Source of the DNA: Terracidiphilus sp.
GTDB taxonomy: Bacteria; Acidobacteriota; Terriglobia; Terriglobales; Acidobacteriaceae
Assembly: GCA_049976805.1 (NCBI GenBank)
Contig: JBMFHN010000001.1
Location: 1,265 to 65,264, forward strand
Length of the DNA stretch: 64,000 bases
Direction of reading: 5' to 3'
Numbering within the stretch: position 1 is the first letter of the stretch; every line of letters begins with the position of its first letter. Under the pieces are notes generated by a model, which was not told the origin of the DNA, did no database searches, and saw nothing but the letters and a program-made list of their open reading frames with translations. The position numbers and the translations under genes were made by a program. Positions 21,226-29,299 of this stretch are shown here, in pieces.

Positions 21226-23366
21226 TGCGTCCAGACTTTTCAAAGATCGACTTCATGCCCGCGGTGGAAGAAACGAAGGGGAGCGAGAGCCAGGAATGGC
21301 TTTCCCCGGAGCACATTCCCGTCAAGAGCGCTTACACGAGCGAAGACCTGAATGGACTCGAACATCTCGAATACACAGCGGGCATTCCGCCCTACCTGCG
21401 CGGGCCCTACAGCACCATGTACGTCATGCGGCCCTGGACAATTCGTCAATACGCCGGCTTTTCGACCGCCGAAGAGTCCAATGCCTTCTACCGCCGCAAT
21501 CTGGCTGCAGGGCAGAAGGGGCTTTCGGTGGCCTTTGACCTGGCCACACACCGCGGCTACGACTCCGATCACGAGCGGGTGACGGGCGACGTGGGCAAGG
21601 CCGGTGTGGCCATCGACTCGATCCTGGACATGAAGATCCTCTTCGATCAGATTCCTCTGGGACAAATGTCGGTGTCGATGACCATGAACGGCGCGGTGCT
21701 GCCGATCATGGCGTTTTATATCGTCGCCGCCGAAGAGCAGGGCGTGACCACGGAGCAGCTGAACGGAACCATTCAGAACGACATTCTGAAAGAGTTCATG
21801 GTCCGTAACACCTATATCTATCCGCCGGCGGGCTCGATGCGGATCATCGGCGACATCTTCCGCTACTGCGCGGCGAAGATGCCCAAGTTCAACTGCATCA
21901 GCGTGAGCGGCTATCACATGCAGGAGGCCGGGGCCACGGCCGACATCGAGCTGGCCTACACGCTGGCCGACGGGCTCGAATATCTGCGCACCGGAGTCAA
22001 GGCGGGCCTGGACATTGATGATTTTGCGCCCCGTATCTCCTTCTTCTGGGGCATCGGCATGAACCATTTCATGGAGATTGCCAAGATGCGTGCCGCGCGC
22101 ATGATCTGGGCCAAGCTGGTGAAGACCTTCAATCCCCGGAATCCCAAGTCGCTGGCGCTGCGCACCCACTCGCAGACCTCGGGCTGGAGCCTGACGGCGC
22201 AGGATCCGTACAACAACGTGGTGCGCACCGCGGTCGAGGCGCTGGCCGCGGCTCTGGGGCACACCCAGTCGCTGCACACCAACGCGCTCGACGAGGCTCT
22301 GGCGCTGCCGACGGACTTTTCCGCGCGCATCGCGCGCAACACCCAGATTTATCTGCAGGAAGAGACCGACATCACGCGCATCGTCGATCCCTGGGCCGGC
22401 TCCTACTATGTGGAGCGGCTGACGCACGAGCTGATGCACGGAGCCTGGGCGCTGATCGAAGAGGTCGAGTCCCTGGGCGGCATGGCCAAGGCGATCGAGA
22501 CCGGCGTTCCCAAGATGAGAATCGAAGAGGCGGCAGCACGCAAGCAGGCCCGCATCGATTCGGGCCGGGACGTGATCGTGGGCGTCAATGCCTATCCTTC
22601 CCCCGAAGAACCGATGATTCCGGTGCTCGACATCGACAACGCCGCGGTGCGCGAGGCACAGATCAAGAGGCTTGCCCGGCTGAAGAGCGAGCGCGACGCC
22701 AAGGCGGTGCGCGCATCGCTCGATCAGCTGGAAAAATGCGCTTCGACGGGTGAGGGCAACCTGCTGGAGTGCGCGGTGGATGCGGCGCGCAAGCGGGCCA
22801 CGCTGGGCGAGATCTCCTCGGCTCTTGAAAAAGTCTGGGGCCGTTATGAGGCCACCACGCGTACCATTGCGGGAGTTTATTCGATGGAGAGTGCGAGCGC
22901 CGAGGAGTTCCAGAAGGCGCAGAAGATGGTTGCGGAGTTTGAGAAGGCCGAAGGCCGGCGTCCCCGCATTCTGGTGGCGAAGATGGGACAGGATGGCCAC
23001 GACCGCGGCTCGAAGGTCATCGCCACAGCCTTTGCCGATATCGGCTTCGACGTGGACATCGGCCCTCTGTTCCAGACGCCGCGCGAGGTTGCGCGCCATG
23101 CCGTTGAGAACGATGTGCATGTGGTGGGCGCCTCGTCGCTGGCCGCCGGCCACAAGACGCTGGTTCCGCAGTTGATTGCCGAGTTGCGCGCGCTGGGACG
23201 GGAAGACATCCTGGTGGTCGTCGGCGGCGTCATTCCGCCCCAGGACTACGAATTCCTTTATCAGGCGGGAGCCGTCGGCGTTTTCGGTCCGGGAACAGTG
23301 ATCCCGGTCTGCGCGCAGCGGATTCTCGACATTCTGAATGGCGGTCCGGCGGGAGGACGTTCCTGA
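21226..23366 (+). CDS. mutB: Methylmalonyl-CoA mutase large (alpha) subunit, B12-binding
   Basis: [53 protein letters not shown], and a C-terminal B12 domain with [10 protein letters not shown] (the DxHxxG motif). I prefer the ATG at 21226 to the track start at 21141. Confidence 0.95.
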
Positions 23367-24503
23367 TTGACCGATTCTGGCCAAAGCGCCCTTCATGTCC
23401 TTCCCGGATGTGCGGTGCCCGAGCCGCCGCGGAAGTTGATTCCCCGCGCGCAGAGCCGGCGCCGGACTCTTTCACGGGAGCAATGGGTCGAGGGGATCCG
23501 CAGCGGTCAACGCTCCATTCTGGCCCAGGCCATTACCCTCATCGAGAGCACGCGCACGGCGGACCGGGAGCTGGCCGAGCAAATCGTCGACGATTGCCTT
23601 CCCCATAGCGGGAACTCCATTCGCGTTGGTATTACCGGGGTTCCCGGGGCAGGCAAAAGCAGCCTGATCGAAAGACTGGGCATGTTCCTGATTGGCGAAC
23701 AGGGACAGAAGATTGCCGTGCTGGCGATCGATCCCAGCAGCCAGATCTCGGGCGGAAGCATTCTCGGCGACAAGACCCGCATGCAAACGCTGGCATCAAG
23801 CGAGTCGGCTTTTATTCGTCCCAGTCCCTCGCGCTGCTCGTTGGGTGGTGTGGCGCAGCGTACCCGCGAGGCCATGCTGCTGTGTGAGGCGGCCGGGTAC
23901 GGCACCATTCTGATCGAGACGGTGGGCGTGGGCCAATCCGAAATTGCCGTTCACGACATGGTGGATTTTTTTCTGCTGATTACGCTGGCCGGGGCCGGAG
24001 ATGAGCTGCAGGGCATGAAACGCGGCGTGATGGAGATGGCCGACGTCGTGGCGGTCAACAAGGCCGATGGGGAGAATCTGGCCGCTGCCGAGCGGGCGCG
24101 GAACGTGGCCGAGAATGCTCTGCACTATCTTCCTGCCTCACCCTCCGGCTGGACGCCGCGCGCGCTGACCTGTTCAGCACAGACCGGCGAGGGAATCACA
24201 GATTTATGGAGTGCGGTGATCGAGCGCATCCGGCTGGCCCGGGCCAACGGCTGGTTTGATTCGAACCGGCGGCGTCAGGCCCGGCGGTGGATGCAGGAGA
24301 TCATTGAGGAAGGGCTGCGGCGGCAATTCGAGACGCACCCGGTCATCCGGGAGCGCAGAAAGGCTCTCGAACAGGATGTGACCGAAGGCCGCATATCGTC
24401 GTTTCGGGCCGCGCGCCTGCTGCTCGAAATGTATGCCGGCCCGGGCTCGATATCCCATACCCCGGATTCATCCCAAGGCGCCGATCGATCCGTTTCGGGC
24501 TGA
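23367..24503 (+). CDS. meaB: Methylmalonyl-CoA mutase-associated GTPase MeaB/ArgK
   Basis: GITGVPGAGKSSLIE, IETVGVGQSE and NKADG G-protein motifs. The exact start is uncertain (TTG at 23367 or a downstream GTG). Confidence 0.9.
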   Translation: MTDSGQSALHVLPGCAVPEPPRKLIPRAQSRRRTLSREQWVEGIRSGQRSILAQAITLIESTRTADRELAEQIVDDCLPHSGNSIRVGITGVPGAGKSSLIERLGMFLIGEQGQKIAVLAIDPSSQISGGSILGDKTRMQTLASSESAFIRPSPSRCSLGGVAQRTREAMLLCEAAGYGTILIETVGVGQSEIAVHDMVDFFLLITLAGAGDELQGMKRGVMEMADVVAVNKADGENLAAAERARNVAENALHYLPASPSGWTPRALTCSAQTGEGITDLWSAVIERIRLARANGWFDSNRRRQARRWMQEIIEEGLRRQFETHPVIRERRKALEQDVTEGRISSFRAARLLLEMYAGPGSISHTPDSSQGADRSVSG

Positions 24504-24638
24504 CCGGAAGGCTTTTGCGCCCTGGCTGAACGTCCACAGCCAGCGGATGTTTTCTGCGCGGCTGCAATTCCCTCCCTGCCGGTTGAGCCGACTGAATCTT
24601 CCCCATAAGCCGAGGAAAATCAACTTCATCCGGCTGCC

Positions 24639-25130
24639 TCAAACGGCAGGAGCAGGGGTTGATTGCGGAATCGACCGGGAACCGCTTTGCGAATCGCCCG
24701 CCAGCCTGGAGCGGGGCGTGTCTTCCGGAGGCGCGGACAGGTCGGCGATGGTGATGCCGCGCAGCAGATCGGAGATGCTGTCGCTCACGCGCGCCAATGG
24801 CTCCTTGATCGTGCATCTGGGGGTCAGATTGCAGCCTGTTCCGCTCGAACCGCAGGAGGTGATGAACAGCGGGCCATCGATGGCGAAGATGACCTCGAAG
24901 GCGGAGATCTGCTGCGGCGGCTTTTGCAGCGAATAGCCGCCGCTCGTCCCGGCGTGCGAGCGCAAGATCCCGGCCTTCGCCAGTTGTTGCAGGCTCTTGG
25001 CCAGCAACTGCGGCGGGATGTGATGGGCTTCGGCGATGTTGCGCGTGCGCAGCGAAGCCTCATCGGAGTGCTCCGCCATATACTTCAGGGCGATGAGACC
25101 GTAGCCGGCTTTCCTGGTCAACCGGAGCAT
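24639..25130 (-). CDS. Rrf2-family transcriptional regulator with three-Cys Fe-S ligand motif (IscR/NsrR-like)
   Basis: MLRLTRKAGYGLIALKYMA winged-helix N-terminus. Cys triad SCGSSGTGCNLTPRC (C-x6-C-x5-C). It is the last gene of the minus-strand operon of the island. Confidence 0.85.
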   Translation of the reverse strand: MLRLTRKAGYGLIALKYMAEHSDEASLRTRNIAEAHHIPPQLLAKSLQQLAKAGILRSHAGTSGGYSLQKPPQQISAFEVIFAIDGPLFITSCGSSGTGCNLTPRCTIKEPLARVSDSISDLLRGITIADLSAPPEDTPRSRLAGDSQSGSRSIPQSTPAPAV

Positions 25131-25187
25131 GGGAACCTCGCAGTGTGAGAATGCTCAGGGATTGGATCCGAAGGCGCGAGGAAAAAC

Positions 25188-25526
25188 TCAGTGGTCACAG
25201 ATATTCTCTCCCGTCATCAGGCTGCCGCCGAGATAGTCGGCGACGAGCTTTTCCGGTGCCTCGGCCGGCGCGCCGATGATGACCTGCACTCCCTGTTCGG
25301 CAAAGAGACCATGGGCGCGCTGACCCATGCCTCCGGTGATGATCATGTTGACGCCCTTTTCGGCAAGCCACGGCGGTAACAGGCCCGGCTGATGCGGTGG
25401 AGCCGGGATGTCCGTGCGGCTGAGAATCCTTTTCTCCGAATCGTCCACGTCGAGGATGGCGAAGTGTCGGCAGTGGCCGAAGTGCGGGGCGAGTTTTCCG
25501 TCCGCCAGTGGAATTGCAATTTTCAT
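25188..25526 (-). CDS. NifB/NifX-family (dinitrogenase FeMo-cofactor-binding fold) small protein, HFGHC type
   Basis: 112 aa from the ATG at 25526: MKIAIPLADGKLAPHFGHCRHFAILDV...PPHQPGLLPPWLAEKGVNMIITGGMGQRA...ENICDH. The track ORF (to 25880) carries an implausible N-terminal extension. Confidence 0.8.
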   Translation of the reverse strand: MKIAIPLADGKLAPHFGHCRHFAILDVDDSEKRILSRTDIPAPPHQPGLLPPWLAEKGVNMIITGGMGQRAHGLFAEQGVQVIIGAPAEAPEKLVADYLGGSLMTGENICDH

Positions 25527-25630
25527 GCTGGAGTCCTTTCCTTTCCCTTTCCTGGGCCGCTTGTGGCGATCTTCCAAACAGCTTTTCTGCTGGCCGGATT
25601 CCCATCCAACCGCCTGCCGGGCAGGTTGAT

Positions 25631-26482
25631 TCAGGGGGTCAATTTCCTGAAGGCAATCAATGGGCAGTTCTTGCAGATGTCGGCGCCCGGGAATCCGTCG
25701 CCGGGACGGATGAGGGAACTGCTCCCCTGACTTTCGATGCGCTCCATCAAGCGCCGACATACGTCTCCGATTCGAGATCCGGGGATGATCACATTCACTT
25801 CGCTGCGTTCGGTTTTCCCGGCGCTGTAGCTGCCCGAACAGGCCGGAAGCAGATTGAAACTCTGGTTCAGGTGAGTCCACACATTGCCGCCGCAGGCCGA
25901 GGAATTCATGGTGATGGAGGTCTGCAGAGGATGAGTGTCGGTTGCGGCCATGTAGTCGACCGCCAGGTGGTAGGCCTGCATGGGGTCGCAGTAAAAATGG
26001 ACCGTATCAGGGCCGCCAAAGACGCCGGCTTTGGCAAGCGGCGCCACGGCCACAGCCAGCAACCCCGCCGGCAGCCGCGGCTTGGACAGGATAAAACGCG
26101 TGGATTGATCGAGATCTCTGGCATACTTGGCCTGACTTTCGATCTCGCTTGCATCCAGTTCCTTCCAGCCAAAACAATACCGGGCGTGCTTGCAGCTCAG
26201 GTCCTTCATCTCGCCATAGATCACCTTCCCCTGCATGCGGGCAGCGATCTCCCACTGGCAAAAGGTGATCGGCTTGAGCGGCGTTTCAATCTCATCGCAG
26301 CTCTTCTTGAAGTCGTCGATTTCCGCCGGATCGAAGAAAAATCTTACCGCGATGGGATCGTGGTAAAGACGCAGTTCACGCATCAGCAAGACCTGCATCT
26401 CGCCGTACGAGATTGCATCGGTGCTGCGTTTGAATTCCGCCGGAGAGCCCGGGCTGATCGGCGGGAAGGTTTCCCGGCTCAT
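25631..26482 (-). CDS. DUF169 family protein
   Basis: 283 aa: PIAVRFFFD, FCQWEIAARMQGKVIY, CFGW, ACGGNVW. This overall pattern matches DUF169 (COG2043) as I recall it. Its start overlaps the upstream stop as ATGA. Confidence 0.75.
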   Translation of the reverse strand: MSRETFPPISPGSPAEFKRSTDAISYGEMQVLLMRELRLYHDPIAVRFFFDPAEIDDFKKSCDEIETPLKPITFCQWEIAARMQGKVIYGEMKDLSCKHARYCFGWKELDASEIESQAKYARDLDQSTRFILSKPRLPAGLLAVAVAPLAKAGVFGGPDTVHFYCDPMQAYHLAVDYMAATDTHPLQTSITMNSSACGGNVWTHLNQSFNLLPACSGSYSAGKTERSEVNVIIPGSRIGDVCRRLMERIESQGSSSLIRPGDGFPGADICKNCPLIAFRKLTP

Positions 26483-26838
26483 CCGCGTTCTCCTGCCGCG
26501 CCGGCCGTCATGGGCTTGAGCGCGCCCGATCCGAAGGCTTCCAAGGCTTCGACGACGCTTCCGCCCGTCACCGGATAAACGACGACCCCGCCAGCCTCCA
26601 AGGCCGCGAGCGCTTTAGGGCCGACGTGCCCGGTGATGAGTACCGTGACGCCAAGATCCAAAATCGTTTTGGCAGCCTGGATGCCAGCGCCCTGCGTGGC
26701 ATTGAAGTTCACGGCGTTGCTCACCGTCGTGACGGCGTTTGTTTCAAGATCCACCACGACAAAGTACCGTGCCCGGCCGAATTGTGGATCAACATCGGCC
26801 TTGAGGCCTTCCTGCTGAGAGGTGATTGCCAGCTTCAT
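26479..26838 (-). CDS. NifX/orange-protein (ORP)-like small protein
   Basis: 119 aa from the ATG at 26838 (GGAGAAG upstream): MKLAITSQQEGLKADVDPQFGRARYFVVVDLETN...ATQGAGIQAAKTILDLGVTVLITGHVGPKALAALEAGGVVVY. Confidence 0.8.
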   Translation of the reverse strand: MKLAITSQQEGLKADVDPQFGRARYFVVVDLETNAVTTVSNAVNFNATQGAGIQAAKTILDLGVTVLITGHVGPKALAALEAGGVVVYPVTGGSVVEALEAFGSGALKPMTAGAAGERG

Positions 26839-26924
26839 GTTTCTTCTCCACAAAGAAGCAAGCACGCCGGGTGCCAACTTTCGTCGCGCAGAGAGATCGC
26901 TTCATCGATCAGATTGCAAAGAGT

Positions 26925-27344
26925 TTAGATCCTTTCAGGAAGCAGGATTCCAAAAAAAGGAAGAGACGAGACCATTGCAGAATGCATCACATCCTGCCGC
27001 GGTTGCGTCCGTCCTGGGGGCTGGCGGATCGTCCGGAGGCCTTGAGTCTGCGATCGAGGGCGGATGGAGTTTGCCGTCGCGCCGGCAACAGGCTTGCCGC
27101 TGGACAGGGTCCGCCGCAGCGCGCAGTCTCCTTCCCGGATGCTCGCCCGGAACACATCCGGGCATTGCCGGCCCAGAGCGCCCTGGCGGCGCAGCCCCGT
27201 GATGCGCTCGGCGGCGCGGTTGAAGGCCGTAATGCGCCACGGGTGATCGACGCTGAAAACGCCTTCGTTGATGGAGTCGAGGATCGGGTCGGTGTGCGCC
27301 TCCGCCCTCTTCGTCTGGAGGATCGAGTCTGTTGCATTTTGCAA
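26925..27344 (-). pseudogene. Truncated PAS-domain fragment, the N-terminal remnant of a sigma54-type activator (or a stand-alone partial PAS protein)
   Basis: ILDSINEGVFSVDHPWRITAFNRAAERITGLRRQGALGRQCPDVFRASIREGDCALRRTLSSGKPV matches the first two thirds of the Cys-containing PAS domain found at the N-terminus of many anaerobe sigma54 activators. After GKPV the sequence becomes low-complexity (AGATANSIRPRSQTQGL...) and stops. No AAA+ or HTH region follows in any frame. Only a TTG start is available. Confidence 0.5.
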
Positions 27345-27458
27345 TCATGGTTTCTTGATAACCGAGCATTTTGCAAGAATCGAAGGACTTGACTTTCCGC
27401 TAACTGTTGATGATAAGGTAGTTACTGTTTTGGACCCTGGGATGCTAAAACCCCAGTG
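27345..27458. promoter_or_regulatory. AT-rich divergent control region between the two operons of the island
   Basis: It is visibly AT-rich compared with its flanks. It contains a sigma54-like TGGACC-N5-ATGCT at 27431-27446 (plus strand) and a sigma70-like TTGACT-17-GATAAG at 27389-27417. ATTTTGCAA is repeated at 27336 and 27368, and ACTGTT is repeated at 27403 and 27424. Confidence 0.5.
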
Positions 27459-28037
27459 ATGAGGATTGCGATTCCACATTGGCAAGGGCGCATTGCTCCC
27501 GTCTTCGATGTGGCCAGCCATCTCTTGCTGGTCGACGTGGAGGACGGCCGCGAAGCGCACCGCGAGGAGAGACGCCTTGTGGCCGCGGAGTTGTCAGCCC
27601 GCGCAGAAGAATTGCTGAACTGCAGTCCGGATGTGCTGATCTGCGGTGCAATTTCGGCGCCTCTGCAGCTCAGGATTGCCGCTTCCGGGGTCCGGACCAT
27701 CGCCTTCGTCTGTGGGGCGGTGGATGAAGTGCTCGGCGCCTACTGGAGTGGCACGCTCGCGGATCCGGCCTTTGCGATGCCGGGTTGCCGCAGATGGCGC
27801 TGGAGAAGCGGAGAAGATGTGCTGCCGGTTGGCTTTGGCGGAGGTCGCCGTCGCAGAGGCCGCGGAGCGGAAGAGAGTCCGGCTGAAATTCCACTCACCC
27901 GCGATGGGCTGCCATCCGCCGTAAGAGGAGAGTTTGCCACCTGCCCGAACTGTGGCGGGAGGGTGCCCCGCAAAAGGGAACCGGTTCCGACGCGGAATCT
28001 CTGTTCGAGGTGTGGCGCTTTTCTGGCGTTCTTTTGA
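27459..28037 (+). CDS. NifB/NifX-like protein fused to an Arg/Gly-rich linker and a C-terminal CxxC...CxxC zinc ribbon
   Basis: MRIAIPHWQGRIAPVFDVASHLLLVDVEDG...VLICGAISAPL...FAMPGC, then GFGGGRRRRGRG, then CPNCGGRVPRKREPVPTRNLCSRCG. ATG at 27459 (track start GTG at 27456). Confidence 0.75.
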   Translation: MRIAIPHWQGRIAPVFDVASHLLLVDVEDGREAHREERRLVAAELSARAEELLNCSPDVLICGAISAPLQLRIAASGVRTIAFVCGAVDEVLGAYWSGTLADPAFAMPGCRRWRWRSGEDVLPVGFGGGRRRRGRGAEESPAEIPLTRDGLPSAVRGEFATCPNCGGRVPRKREPVPTRNLCSRCGAFLAFF

Positions 28038-28081
28038 AGTCGCAATCTTCATCGTTGTTCATTCAAGAAGGAGGAATTCAA

Positions 28082-28414
28082 ATGCCATTTGGAGATCAAA
28101 CAGGGCCCCTGGGACAAGGTTCGATGACGGGCCGTGGCCGGGGATATTGTGCGGGAAATGCGGGACCGGGACGATTTGAGTCAGCGCCGGGTTCCGGCAT
28201 GGGGCGAGGAGGACGCGGTGGACGTGGCCGGTGCAACCGGTTCCGTGCCGCGGGAACGAATGTCAGGGAGACGCCGGTCGCGGCTTCATCCGCGCCCGCA
28301 GACCGGCCGCAGGAAGTTGCAGCCCTGCGGAGCACGATCGACGAGCTGCGGAGTTCGCTCAACGAAATCCGCAAACGCGTCGAGGAACTGAGTTCAGCGT
28401 CCAAGACGGAATAG
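28082..28414 (+). CDS. DUF5320 family protein (Gly/Arg-rich N-terminus, C-terminal coiled coil)
   Basis: MPFGDQTGPLGQGSMTGRGRGYCAG is the hallmark N-terminus of DUF5320. The C-terminal part is LRSTIDELRSSLNEIRKRVEEL. AAGGAGG lies 7 nt upstream of the ATG at 28082. Confidence 0.8.
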   Translation: MPFGDQTGPLGQGSMTGRGRGYCAGNAGPGRFESAPGSGMGRGGRGGRGRCNRFRAAGTNVRETPVAASSAPADRPQEVAALRSTIDELRSSLNEIRKRVEELSSASKTE

Positions 28415-28480
28415 GAAGGGGAGAACGGAAACATGGACCTGGAGGAGGCGGCCGGGCAGTCGTACGGTAAAGCAGCGGTT

Positions 28481-28775
28481 CGCGCACGCTGGTCCGCGGC
28501 ACTCCGCCACTGTTGGCGGGGTGCCTGGGCCGGAGCGATGCAGCCAGCCGGAGCGAAGGCCGCAAGAGGAGCGCCAGGCGGGCCTGATCGCGGCAGGATT
28601 TGCGGAGCCGAGAATCGAGCCAACCCGGACCTTCCGGGCCAGCGACGTTCGCGAGTTCCTCTGTGCTGCTGGAGCGGATGCCATCACACTTGCCGATGAG
28701 TTGGATGGAAAGGTGATGAGCGCATCCGTGCGCGCCTCCAAACCTGCCGCGGATGGCGCGACTTCAACGAAATAA
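28481..28775 (+). pseudogene. Remnant of the C-terminal region of an ArsM-type (arsenite) SAM methyltransferase
   Basis: One frame reads LIAAGFAEPRIEPTRTFRASDVREFLCAAGADAITLADELDGKVMSASVRASKP. This resembles the conserved ArsM C-terminus (AGF..v.IEPTR.y...dAreFL......d...aP.vdGKfMSAfvRA.KP) from memory. The preceding CWRGAWAGAMQ piece is in a different frame. No Rossmann or SAM-binding part exists upstream. Confidence 0.35.
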
Positions 28776-28787
28776 GGAGGGAATCCG

Positions 28788-29216
28788 ATGAGGAAGCTAT
28801 GTGGTTTCTGGGTAGTCTTGATAGCGCTGGCAGTTTTCTGGTCGGGACCGGTCTCTGCGTTTTCCCAAATACGTTCCAGTGCTCAACGAGTTTATAACCC
28901 GAAGACGGAAATCACGATCAAAGGTACAGTCGAGAAGGTAACGGAAATCGGCGAGCCACGATGGACGGGTACCCATCTGATGTTGCGAACCAGTGATCAG
29001 ACATATGACGTGCATGTTGGTCCGACCGCTTACCTTGCACGGAATGGCTTCACTTTCGCGGTCGGGGATCAGATCGAAGTCACCGGAGCCCTGATCAAGT
29101 CTGACGGAACGAAGGCGATTGTGGCCCGCGAGATCAAGAAAAAGGGGAGCATCCTCACTCTGCGCGACCGTCGTGGAATTCCAGTCTGGTCGCGGGGACC
29201 GCGGCCCATCGACTGA
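28788..29216 (+). CDS. Secreted small beta-rich protein (possibly the MamS/MamX-like domain family)
   Basis: Signal peptide MRKLCGFWVVLIALAVFWSGPVSAFS. Body TIKGTVEKVTEI...GTHLMLRTSDQTYDVHVGPTAYL...GDQIEVTG...REIKKKGSILTLRDRRGIPVW. Codon usage is noticeably AT-richer than in neighbouring genes. The family name is recalled, not verified. Confidence 0.6.
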   Translation: MRKLCGFWVVLIALAVFWSGPVSAFSQIRSSAQRVYNPKTEITIKGTVEKVTEIGEPRWTGTHLMLRTSDQTYDVHVGPTAYLARNGFTFAVGDQIEVTGALIKSDGTKAIVAREIKKKGSILTLRDRRGIPVWSRGPRPID

Positions 29217-29299
29217 CAGCCCCGCAGCGTGGCAAGACGCCGGTAAGCTGCCCGGCAGTGCGGCCTCAGGAGCCGCAAAAGAAGCGACAAGGGAGTCTC

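Noticed and set aside
15023-23396. Long antisense ORFs 15023..16507(-), 16556..18127(-), 19397..21325(-) and 21240..23396(-)
   Set aside because: Each mirrors a plus-strand gene with very strong family signatures (5S, 12S, MutA, MutB). The antisense translations are low-complexity.
25527-25880. N-terminal extensions of island ORFs (25188..25880, 26479..26877, 28010..28414, 29258..30181, 30124..31176)
   Set aside because: Family-typical N-termini (MKIAIP, MKLAITS, MPFGDQTGP, MRIAIASGKGGTGKT, the K-G-G-T-G-K-T P-loop) start at internal ATGs that have Shine-Dalgarno sequences or ATGA coupling. The extensions are compositionally odd.
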